Shown: positions 1-8,282 of the stretch, piece by piece
How positions within the stretch are numbered: the stretch's first letter is position 1
Layout: the number at the start of each line of letters is the position of its first letter
Source of the DNA: a bacterium
GTDB lineage: Bacteria > Krumholzibacteriota > Krumholzibacteriia > G020349025
Assembly: GCA_031362565.1 (NCBI GenBank)
Contig: JANLSU010000119.1
Location: 9,970 to 73,969, forward strand
Reading direction: 5' to 3'
DNA length: 64,000 nucleotides
Notes under the pieces: model-generated
Database searches by the model: none
What the model was told of the DNA's origin: nothing
Seen by the model: only the letters and a program-made list of their open reading frames with translations
Made by a program: the position numbers and the translations under genes

Positions 1-566
1 CGGTTGCGGCGGCACTGGTTGTGGCCGTGGTCTCCGCCTTCCTGGCGCGCAGCCGGTTCGCACCGCTGCGCGCCGAGGCCACGCTCTATCGCCAAACCGG
101 CGAGAGTGCTGAAATCCTGGTGTCCGACAGTGCGATTCACGCCGGCGATCACCTCTTCGTGATGATCGAGGGTTCGAAGTCCCTGTGTGTCTACGTGCTC
201 TATCAGGATGCGACTGGCAAGCATTTCATCTTGCAGTCGCCGGTCGACGCCAGCGTCTTGGCGGCCGGCGTCCCGCACCGCCTGCCGGCGGAGTCCGTAT
301 CCGGCGCGGCGCCGCGCTCCTGGATCGTGACGAGCGGCGGCGGCACGGAAACCATCGCGGTCATCGCCGCGCCGCACCGGTTGCCGCAGTTGGAAACCGA
401 GATCCAGGACTACGCGCGGCTCGACACCGGCCGGTCCACCGCGGTGCATTCGCGCGGGATCGGTGGGGTCGTGGAGGAAGTGCGGCGGCCGCTCATCGAC
501 GTCGCCCGTCGCTATGAGAACGATGCTTGGGTGTGGAGCCGGCAACTTCGCAATGATTCGCCGTGA
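1..566 (+). CDS. Partial CDS (5' end outside window): TM segment plus DUF4384-like extracytoplasmic domain, paralogous to the C-terminus of the Ser/Thr kinase at 43683-45497
   Basis: The frame is open to the window edge, with no stop from nt 3. A hydrophobic AAALVVAVVSAFLA segment is followed by blocks that align with the kinase tail: AEATLYRQ/AEARLFRD, HLFVMIEGSKSLCVYVLYQDATGKHFIL/QLFLELKMAQPLRVWVLDEDNEGRAYVL, TETIAVIAAP/AETILVVAAR, SRGIGGVV/TRGIDGLV and VWVWSRQL/VWTWRIHL. The stop overlaps the next start (GTGA at 563-566). Confidence 0.7.
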   Translation, partial: VAAALVVAVVSAFLARSRFAPLRAEATLYRQTGESAEILVSDSAIHAGDHLFVMIEGSKSLCVYVLYQDATGKHFILQSPVDASVLAAGVPHRLPAESVSGAAPRSWIVTSGGGTETIAVIAAPHRLPQLETEIQDYARLDTGRSTAVHSRGIGGVVEEVRRPLIDVARRYENDAWVWSRQLRNDSP

Positions 567-2905
567 GCCTGCGGCGCATCGGAGGAGGACAATTCGTGGG
601 GGCGCGGCACTTCATCGCGATCGCAGCCGTAGCGTGTATCGCGTCGCGCAGTTGCGCGGCGGAGACACGGCGCGCGGTGCTCGTCGGGGTCAATACCTAT
701 GAGCGCCCTGCGCCGGCCGGCGGTCCGGCAACCGCGGGCGAACGGCTTCGCGACCGCGGCTGGACGAACCTCGAGGGCAGCCTGAACGACATCGATGCGA
801 TGCAAGCAATGCTCGTCGGCCGTTATGGCTTCGCGCCCCGCAACGTTGCGGTCCTGCGCGACACGGCAGCAACGCGGAGTGCGATCCTGTCGCTGCTGCG
901 GACGCATCTGGTGAAAACGGCGCAGAAAGGCGACGTGTGCGTGTTTTATTACGCCGGACACGGATCGCAAGTCTACAACTCGAAGTCCGCCGAACCCGAC
1001 CGATTCGACGAGACGATCGTCCCGGCCGACGCGAACCAGGCAGCGACGTCGAACCGCGATATTCGCGACAAGGAAATCGCCGCGCTTTTCAACGACATCT
1101 TGGACCGGGGCGCAACTCTCACGGCGTTCTTCGACTGCTGTCACAGCGGTTCGATTGCGCGCGGCATCGGCGGACCCGGAAGGCTCCGGTCATTGCGCCC
1201 CGATCTGAACGACATCGCGCTCGCAGATTCGGATCGCCGCCCCAAGCCCGCAGATCGTGGCGCCCTGGTGATTTCGGCAGCCCAAGAGACGCAGAAGGCG
1301 GCGGAAATCGTCGACCCCGAGGGGCGATGCCACGGGGTCTTCAGTTTCATGCTCGAGAAGACACTGCGCTCGGCATCGACAGCCGAGTCCACCGAGCGCA
1401 TCTTCGCGCGCGTGCGCGCCCTGGTCGCATCCTCGGAGGCCGGGCAGTCGCCGGACGTCGAAGGCTCGGCCGAGCGCCTCGCCGCGCCACTTTTCGGCGG
1501 CAAAGCAACGGCAGGCGACAAGATCGTCTTCGGCATCCAGGCCGTGGATGGCAATCGGTGCCGCGTGCAGGGTGGATACGCTCTCGGTTTGTTGCCGGGA
1601 TGCGAGTTGGTACCGGTGCGTGACTCGAGCCGCGCCGTGCCGGCGACGCGCATTCGCATCGATGCAACCGAAGACCTGAACTACGCGCGCGCCTCCTGCA
1701 TCGGGGGGGATTTGAGCACCGTACGACCGGGCGCCCTGTTCGAAGTCGAGCGTTGGGCCACGGGGCCCGGGGCGCGCCTGCGTGTTTGGATTCCACCCGT
1801 TCTCGAAGAGGCCGCCCTGAAGCGCGCGGCCGCCGAATTCGCGGCGTTACCCCGGTCGAGCAACAGCCGCCTCATCGCGGATCCGACCGAAACGACACCA
1901 ACCCACGTCGTCGCGTGGACGGGCACCGACTGGATGTTGTCCGGACCGGACGGCAAGGCAGTGAAGATTGCCGCGTCCACGGCGCAACTTGCGGCGGCAG
2001 TGAAGAGCGGCACCAAGCCAGAACAGCCTGCGAGCGTTTTTGTCCACCTGCCACCCTGTCCATCCGTCGTGTCGCGCTTGCGAACCAGTGCCGAGGCCGG
2101 CCAGTCGCCGGTGCAAATCGTCGGCAAGGAGTCGGAGGCGCAGTATCTCCTTGTGGGCCGGTGGGCGAACGGGCAAATCGAGTATGCGTGGACGGCCCGT
2201 AACGCGACTCAGTTGGATCTGGCCAGTACGTCGAGCATGCCGGTTCGGACCAACTGGTGCGCCGTGCGCTCGACTTCGACACCGGACCAGGTCGACTTGT
2301 TGCAGGACTCGGCTCTGCGTCTTGCCAAGGTCAATGGTTGGATGCAACTCGACCCGCCACCGGAATCGCAACGATTCCCGTACCACCTCGTGTTGCGCAA
2401 CGTGCAATCCAACCAGAAGGTCGCGAACGGGAACACGGTGCACGACGGCGACACGATCCAGCTCTCGCTGGAGGCATCACCGTCGGATCTGGAGTTCGGG
2501 GTCGCACGCCGCTATGTCTATGTCTTCGTGATCGACAGTTTTGGCAGGAGTACGCTGATCGTCGGTGCGAACAATACCGGCAATTTTCTGCCGGCCGTCA
2601 CTTTAGCCAGCGACAAGATTCCGCCGGAAATCGCGCTGCATAGCGATGCCGGCAGCGATTTGCACGTCTCCGAACCATTCGGCGTCGATACGTATGTCTT
2701 GCTGACGACGAAGGAACCAATCAGCGACCCGAGTCGTGTTCTGGCCTTCGACGGCGTTCGCGCCGTGCCAGTGACGCGCGGCAGCAGCGAGGAATCGGCG
2801 CTCAGCCAGTTGCTGTCGGGGCTCAACGCGCCGACGCGCGGTGCAAGCCTGCCCACCCCCGTGACGTGGTCACTCGACCGGATCGCGCTGCGATCGATGA
2901 AGTGA
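563..2905 (+). CDS. Exported caspase-family (peptidase C14) protein with C-terminal DUF4384-like domain
   Basis: N-terminal signal-like segment HFIAIAAVACIASRSCAAE. Caspase His/Cys dyad motifs FYYAGHGSQ and FFDCCHSGS. The C-terminus GDTIQLSLEAS...RYVYVFVIDSFGRSTLIV...DTYVLLTTKEP is typical of DUF4384. GTG start overlaps the upstream stop. Confidence 0.85.
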   Translation: MSLRRIGGGQFVGARHFIAIAAVACIASRSCAAETRRAVLVGVNTYERPAPAGGPATAGERLRDRGWTNLEGSLNDIDAMQAMLVGRYGFAPRNVAVLRDTAATRSAILSLLRTHLVKTAQKGDVCVFYYAGHGSQVYNSKSAEPDRFDETIVPADANQAATSNRDIRDKEIAALFNDILDRGATLTAFFDCCHSGSIARGIGGPGRLRSLRPDLNDIALADSDRRPKPADRGALVISAAQETQKAAEIVDPEGRCHGVFSFMLEKTLRSASTAESTERIFARVRALVASSEAGQSPDVEGSAERLAAPLFGGKATAGDKIVFGIQAVDGNRCRVQGGYALGLLPGCELVPVRDSSRAVPATRIRIDATEDLNYARASCIGGDLSTVRPGALFEVERWATGPGARLRVWIPPVLEEAALKRAAAEFAALPRSSNSRLIADPTETTPTHVVAWTGTDWMLSGPDGKAVKIAASTAQLAAAVKSGTKPEQPASVFVHLPPCPSVVSRLRTSAEAGQSPVQIVGKESEAQYLLVGRWANGQIEYAWTARNATQLDLASTSSMPVRTNWCAVRSTSTPDQVDLLQDSALRLAKVNGWMQLDPPPESQRFPYHLVLRNVQSNQKVANGNTVHDGDTIQLSLEASPSDLEFGVARRYVYVFVIDSFGRSTLIVGANNTGNFLPAVTLASDKIPPEIALHSDAGSDLHVSEPFGVDTYVLLTTKEPISDPSRVLAFDGVRAVPVTRGSSEESALSQLLSGLNAPTRGASLPTPVTWSLDRIALRSMK

Positions 2906-2933
2906 GCCGCGGGCCCAGGCATGCCTTTGGTAG

Positions 2934-5900
2934 TCAACGTTCCGACTGGGAAACGATCTCTGCGACGAGCCGGGCAGCGAGTGCCAGCGGATCGTCGATG
3001 CGCCCCTCGATACTCGTTGCAGCGATCCGTCGCTTGTCGCGCGTGAGAATGAGCAAGACTCGCACGATTGTCCGGTTGATCGTGTAGGTTCCGCTCGCGC
3101 GGATTGCACCGGGGAGGTCGTCGGCGTCCAGGCAGACAATCCGCCCCGCCGATTGGCCGCGTGCAATCGTATAGCTTTGCTCCCGCAGCAGTTGAAGCAC
3201 CGCACTCGACAGATCCAGCGAATCGAAGCCTTCTCGACCGTCGAGGAAACTCGGTCGCAAGATCATCGGCTTTTCCTGCGCCAGCGGAATCTGTGCCTTG
3301 TCCGTTGATGTGAACTGGCCGATGTCAAAACTTGCACCGTTCGGCGCGGAGATGATTGGCCGTTGAATGCCACCGATGTTTTTCGCGAGAGAAGGCACAC
3401 GGTCCGTGGCGTATTGGAAGAGCCGACTCACGTCGGCGAACTCGCCGTCGCGTAGCGCCGCTCCCCGAAGGCCCTCGAGTAGCGCGTAGGTCAACAACCC
3501 TTGGCCGTACTGCGTCGCTTCATAGCTTGCGGCGTCGGCTGCGCTCCCCATGAGGACATGAAACCCGGTGCGATCCTTGAGGCGCTCAATGGCGCGGATC
3601 TGTCCAGAGGAGACGCTACGGGGCTCGACCAGCTTGTCGGCTGCGGCGCCCGCGGCACACGTGTCGAGAATAAGGACCTGTTTCAACGCCGGAATCGCTT
3701 TCACCCAACTTGTCAACTCTTCGCTCGTGACCGCGTTTTGCTGGCGCACCGCCGGGTCAGTGAGATCCGCGCTTCGTGCTTCTTGTGTGAGGTACGCGTA
3801 CTCGCCGGCTGCCGCAGGAAGCGCCACGCCGTGCCCAGCGAGGTAGACGACCAGCACGTCCGCCGGCCGTGCCTGACGAGCCGCTGCAAAGACAGTTGCA
3901 AAATTTGCCTTCGTCGGCGGGGTGGCGCCCTCCCCACTACTACTCGACAACAGGGTCAAGTGCACTTTGGACGCACCGAACAACCGCATGGCACCGAGTT
4001 GGAGCGCACGCGCTACGTCCGAGGCATCCTTGGCTGCATACCGCAAGCGGAGCGCTGGAGACGCATATTCTGAAATCCCGCCGACGATGACGTAGAGTTC
4101 CGGCACGGTCTTCGATTGTCCATCATCAGGCGGTGTCCACTGCACCGCGACACCGCGGCTCGAGAGATATCCCTCCGCATTCGAGGCCAACACTTCGACG
4201 CGATTCGGCTCTCCAGCAATAAACGGTGCGTCTGCCAGGTCGAGTTGCAGCGATGCTGTGTGCTGAGTGGGCGAAATCACCGTCTGCCCACGTGCATCCG
4301 CCACGACTTCCTTCCCGTTCACAAGCACGCGCACCTTGCCAATGCCCCCTCCTCGGTCAGTGAGCGTGATCGTTGCCTTCGTGCTCCCGGTGGGGGGCGG
4401 GGTGACGGCCACCAACGGATAGAGCGCAACATTCTTGAAGGCGCGGACGTCTCGTAGCGGTTCCTTGCTGTAGCCGAGAACCCTCGCCAGCAGTCCCGGC
4501 TCGAAGTAACGCTCCTTCAGTTGGTACAGGGCGATGGGTTCGTTCTCCACGACCCATGACAACCCGTCGATATCACCCGCCGCAGCGGAATCGTAACGTC
4601 CATCGGGATCAACTACCGCCCAAGTTCCATCCTGAAATGAAAGCAGTCGCACCATTTCTCTGCCGCCTGCGGCATCAAGGATCCGGATAGAACCTTCCTC
4701 GAGCGCAGCCGCTATAAATCGTCCGTTCGCGAGATAGGCCACGGCATGCACGTGGGAGTCGACGTCAACCGTCCATTTTTGTTTTGCAGTCGCGACGTCC
4801 CATGCAGAGACGATTCCGTCCATTCCTCCACTTACAACCTCGCGCCCGTCGGGGGAGAACATCGCCGCGCACACTTGACCCGCATGCGCGCCCGGAAAGG
4901 AACCGACTCTCTGCGTCTCCGTCGAAGGGTCAGGCGGTCCAAGCAGTTGCAGCTCTCCAAAGGCAGCACCCTCCTTCCAGTCTGCCACGCTCCACAAACG
5001 GAGGCCACCAGCCCAGTCACCGAACAAGAGCTCACTTCCGTCAGGCGAAAATGACATCGTTGCAAAGACGGAAGTACCAGGCCATGGCGGGTAATCAAGG
5101 CCCTGGGTGTGGAGCGTTCGAAGCTCGGTGCCGGTCTCCGCATCCCACAGGCTAACGGTACTGTCGCCGGCCGTTGCAACCAAGTGAGTGTCGGCGGACA
5201 GGGCGACGTTCTTGATTGGCTCGCGGTGACGATAGAGTGCTACAAGTTCGAGCTCGCCATCAATGTTCCACAGCCTGCAACGACCGTCCGGCGTTCCAAC
5301 CAGTAGCCGCTTCGCATTCGCCGAAAGGCACAGTGGTGGATGTGCACCAGCACTGAGACGATTGGAGACTCCAGCGGGCGCGCCTGTACCAAATTTCGTG
5401 ATGAGTGCTCCGTGGGCGTTCCAGATTCGGATCGTGTCGTCGCGTGCCATTGTTGCCGCGAATTGACCGTCTGGCGACACAACGCCTGTACCGCGAAGCT
5501 CCGCGTGTGGACTTCCGTCAGACCACAGCGTGACGTTCCCATTGCCCGCGAGGAAGCTAGCCGATTCTTGCGACGTGGAGAGCGCGTTCACGGGCGAGAC
5601 TTTGCCTGCAAGGATTCGCTCTGTCATTCCGGTGACGACATTCGACAGCGTGGCGGTCCGAAACTGTCCCAAGACAAGAAATGTGCCGTCCGCGGAAAGT
5701 GCGAGCCCTGGGGGTGGTCCACGTAGTTGCGTCAACCACAAGGGTTGGGCAGTGCCGTAGCGACGCAGTTCGACGCCCGTGTCGATGTCCCAACAACTTG
5801 CGGTGCCATCCCAGTATCCCGCGAAGACCTCTTTCCCGTTAGGTGAAAACGCCACTGAAGTCACGACCTCGCCGCCACTCGGGTAGGTTCGCTCCCTCTT

Positions 5901-6773
5901 CCCCGACGCCGGATTCCAAAGTTCGAGCATGCTGGCGGCCGGGCGGTACAACCTGCCTGGCGTCATCGTGAACTTTTCGATCTGCCCACCACCCAGGACA
6001 ACGTGCTTTCCGTCGCGCGAAACCGCGACACCAAAGATAGGAGATGCGGCGGCAAGTCTCCGCACGACACACCCTTTGGCGAGGTCCCAGATCGCAGCCG
6101 TGCCATCGAGGCCCGCATAAAGGCAATGTTTCCCATCCGGAAAAACTGCGAGCACCTGACGCATCAACCGAAAATTGACGCCAAGATCGGTGGCGACTAG
6201 ATTACCGACGCGGGTCGCGTTGTCGTGCATCGTGCGAAGGCGCGATCCAGTTCTCACATCCCACACGACGAGTGTTGCGTCGGAGCTCTCGGTGATCAAC
6301 CGGCCCCCATCCGGCGAAAAGACTGCGGCCTTGGTGCTTGGGATGATTTGCAGCTTCCCTCGCCGGGTCACATTTGTAAGGACATGAGTCAGAATGTTTT
6401 TGGAGAGATCCCAAATCTCCGTGCGGCGGTCCCCTGCGATCGCGCAGTGGACACCATCGGGGGACACCGCCACGACCGTTCCGCGCGAGAGAGCGCGCAG
6501 CTGGGTCCCAGTCGACGCTTCCCAAAGAACGACTTCGCCACCGCTGTCTGCGGTGAGAACCCAACGATCGTCAACCGACGTGGCAATCGATACAACTTGT
6601 TCGGTATTGCCGACTTGGGGAATGAGTCGGACTTCATCCTCGTTGTTGACCTGGCTGGCGCCCGCGAATTGTCCGCAGAGTATGGAGCCCGCACACGCAA
6701 GGACAGAGATCACCCGGATCGCATTAACGCGCCTTGGGCGATCGAGCAACGCGAATGAAATGGGTGGGCTCAT
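2934..6773 (-). CDS. Exported WD40-repeat (about two propellers) protein with C-terminal caspase (C14) domain
   Basis: Many WD-like repeats (VLWEASTG, LVVWDVRTG, AAIWDLAKG, IRIWNAHG, CRLWNIDG, VSLWDAETG, VSAWDVATA and others). The caspase part has LYVIVGGISEYA, VVYLAGHGVA and LILDTCAAGAA. Start moved to ATG at 6773 (MSPPISF...ISVLACAGSILCGQFAGA, signal-like), because the 5' extension of the maximal ORF overlaps the upstream gene; ATG at 6857 is an alternative. Confidence 0.85.
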   Translation of the reverse strand: MSPPISFALLDRPRRVNAIRVISVLACAGSILCGQFAGASQVNNEDEVRLIPQVGNTEQVVSIATSVDDRWVLTADSGGEVVLWEASTGTQLRALSRGTVVAVSPDGVHCAIAGDRRTEIWDLSKNILTHVLTNVTRRGKLQIIPSTKAAVFSPDGGRLITESSDATLVVWDVRTGSRLRTMHDNATRVGNLVATDLGVNFRLMRQVLAVFPDGKHCLYAGLDGTAAIWDLAKGCVVRRLAAASPIFGVAVSRDGKHVVLGGGQIEKFTMTPGRLYRPAASMLELWNPASGKRERTYPSGGEVVTSVAFSPNGKEVFAGYWDGTASCWDIDTGVELRRYGTAQPLWLTQLRGPPPGLALSADGTFLVLGQFRTATLSNVVTGMTERILAGKVSPVNALSTSQESASFLAGNGNVTLWSDGSPHAELRGTGVVSPDGQFAATMARDDTIRIWNAHGALITKFGTGAPAGVSNRLSAGAHPPLCLSANAKRLLVGTPDGRCRLWNIDGELELVALYRHREPIKNVALSADTHLVATAGDSTVSLWDAETGTELRTLHTQGLDYPPWPGTSVFATMSFSPDGSELLFGDWAGGLRLWSVADWKEGAAFGELQLLGPPDPSTETQRVGSFPGAHAGQVCAAMFSPDGREVVSGGMDGIVSAWDVATAKQKWTVDVDSHVHAVAYLANGRFIAAALEEGSIRILDAAGGREMVRLLSFQDGTWAVVDPDGRYDSAAAGDIDGLSWVVENEPIALYQLKERYFEPGLLARVLGYSKEPLRDVRAFKNVALYPLVAVTPPPTGSTKATITLTDRGGGIGKVRVLVNGKEVVADARGQTVISPTQHTASLQLDLADAPFIAGEPNRVEVLASNAEGYLSSRGVAVQWTPPDDGQSKTVPELYVIVGGISEYASPALRLRYAAKDASDVARALQLGAMRLFGASKVHLTLLSSSSGEGATPPTKANFATVFAAARQARPADVLVVYLAGHGVALPAAAGEYAYLTQEARSADLTDPAVRQQNAVTSEELTSWVKAIPALKQVLILDTCAAGAAADKLVEPRSVSSGQIRAIERLKDRTGFHVLMGSAADAASYEATQYGQGLLTYALLEGLRGAALRDGEFADVSRLFQYATDRVPSLAKNIGGIQRPIISAPNGASFDIGQFTSTDKAQIPLAQEKPMILRPSFLDGREGFDSLDLSSAVLQLLREQSYTIARGQSAGRIVCLDADDLPGAIRASGTYTINRTIVRVLLILTRDKRRIAATSIEGRIDDPLALAARLVAEIVSQSER

Positions 6774-6976
6774 CTTTTGGTAGGCCGCCTCCCCGAGTCG
6801 AACGATAACCAGCGGTAGGACACTAGCAGAAACAGCACGAATGCTGTGCAAGCGCATGCCATGGCCTGCAGAGATGCGGGCGGCGGTTCGCGGCGAGGGG
6901 AGCCGCGAACCGCCGTGGGTCGAAGAGTCTGGCAGGTTTTTGTGGGACGGTCGTTTCGCGATGCGTTCGGTTTCGA

Positions 6977-7531
6977 CTACGGCGTCACCTCCGGCGCGAT
7001 GATGTGAAGGTCGCGGCGCGACACGATGCCGTCGCCGTCCAGATCGCCGCGGTGGCGCATCCAGGTGAGGCATGCGAGGTCACTCGCGTCCACGCGGCCG
7101 TCTTGAGTCAGGTCCGCCCGGGCGCGGGCCCCGGCAAGAGCGGCGTAGTCCGAGGCATCGATGATTCCCTGAGGCTGGGCCAGATCCGGAACCCCGCCGC
7201 TCATCAGCATCGCGAGCGCTACTTCGTCGAATCCGTCGACCATCTGGTCGTTATTGATGTCGGCGCGCATCAAGAATGCGAACGCTGCCAAGTCGGACGA
7301 GTCGACCTGTCCGTCGCCCGTGATGTCGCCGGTGACCGTCGGGGTCACATTCACCTGGAAGCCTGCCTTCTCCAAACCCTGCAGCTCGACCGGAACCCGG
7401 CGTCCGATGGGTTCGCTGGCGCGAAGCTCCGGACCCGAGACGCTGTTCGAGCAACCCGAGGCGAACATCAAGGCGAAGCCGGAAACGGTCAGGGTGACGG
7501 TGGCGATGAGGGTGCGATTGGTACGGAACAT
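6977..7531 (-). CDS. Lipoprotein with dockerin/EF-hand-like Ca-binding repeats
   Basis: Lipobox LMFASGC. Repeated D-x-D/N-x-D-G-x-V-D-x-x-D-L units (DITGDGQVDSSDL, DINNDQMVDGFD, DLTQDGRVDASDL, DLDGDGIVSRRDL). Lies directly upstream and co-directional with the WD40-caspase gene. Confidence 0.65.
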   Translation of the reverse strand: MFRTNRTLIATVTLTVSGFALMFASGCSNSVSGPELRASEPIGRRVPVELQGLEKAGFQVNVTPTVTGDITGDGQVDSSDLAAFAFLMRADINNDQMVDGFDEVALAMLMSGGVPDLAQPQGIIDASDYAALAGARARADLTQDGRVDASDLACLTWMRHRGDLDGDGIVSRRDLHIIAPEVTP

Positions 7532-7819
7532 GTGCGTTTTCCTCCTGAGCCGGGCGTGGGGCGCGGCTCCTTTTGCAGCGACTCGGGGGCTTCGAATCGG
7601 ACTCTCCAGTTCTCGGCCCGGGAGCCTGTGCTGCTTGGCTCAAAGGAGGACTCGGACACGGCCCAGAAACATGGACATGGATGGGAACCCGTCGCGGGGT
7701 CGTGTTGGGGACGCGCGAGGGGGGGCAATGGGCGGCCCTGGACCGGTTCTCGGCCCGATGTATGATGGCGCATCGACGGCGCCGAGCGGCTCGCAATCGC
7801 CAATTGCCAGGAGGACCCC

Positions 7820-8254
7820 ATGAAAGAAACCACCGACCGTTCCGAAATCATCGAATGCCTGCACCGGGTCTTCCAGGCCGAGATGGCGGGGATCACGCGC
7901 TATCTGCACTACTCGTTCATGATCATGGGCCACAACCGGATTCCCATCCAAAAGTGGCTCCGTGACGAGGCCACCGAAAACATGGCGCACGCGGTCATCA
8001 TCGGCGAAAAAATTACGGCCCTCGGCGGCCATCCACCCGTGACGTGGGGCGACGTCGAGGAGACGAACGTCCACACCGTGGATCAAATTCTGACCGAGAG
8101 CTTGAAGCACGAAGAGCAGGCGCTGGCGCTCTACAAGAAGCTTGCGAGCCTAGCCGGTGACGATATTGCGATCGAGGAATTGGCGCGGCGCTTCGTCATG
8201 ATCGAGACCGATCACATCGAGGAAGTGCGGAAGATGCTCCGCAAGCCGCAGTGA
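7820..8254 (+). CDS. Bacterioferritin-like / ferritin-like di-iron protein
   Basis: 144 aa four-helix-type sequence with Glu/His ligand-like motifs (QAEMAGITRY, EATENMAHA, LKHEEQAL, IETDHIEE) laid out as in bacterioferritin. An exact E-x-x-H is seen only in the last pair. Confidence 0.75.
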   Translation: MKETTDRSEIIECLHRVFQAEMAGITRYLHYSFMIMGHNRIPIQKWLRDEATENMAHAVIIGEKITALGGHPPVTWGDVEETNVHTVDQILTESLKHEEQALALYKKLASLAGDDIAIEELARRFVMIETDHIEEVRKMLRKPQ

Positions 8255-8282
8255 ACGCCGGCAAGCGCGCCGGAAAAGGCCC

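Noticed and set aside
2917-2926. 10-bp perfect palindrome AGGCATGCCT between the convergent caspase and WD40-caspase genes, considered as a terminator.
   Set aside because: As a hairpin it gives only a 3-bp stem around a CATG loop. The flanking complementarity is imperfect, so it is too weak to call.
6774-7073. N-terminal extensions of maximal ORFs. Examples: WD40-caspase to 7073, TonB receptor to 13006, permease to 14412, binding protein to 16169, C39 fusion to 19821, xylF to 50469, DUF1697 to 33898, coiled-coil protein to 63902.
   Set aside because: The extensions are Arg/Pro-rich and overlap upstream genes. They precede an internal ATG/GTG that has an SD and a proper signal peptide, so internal starts were used instead.
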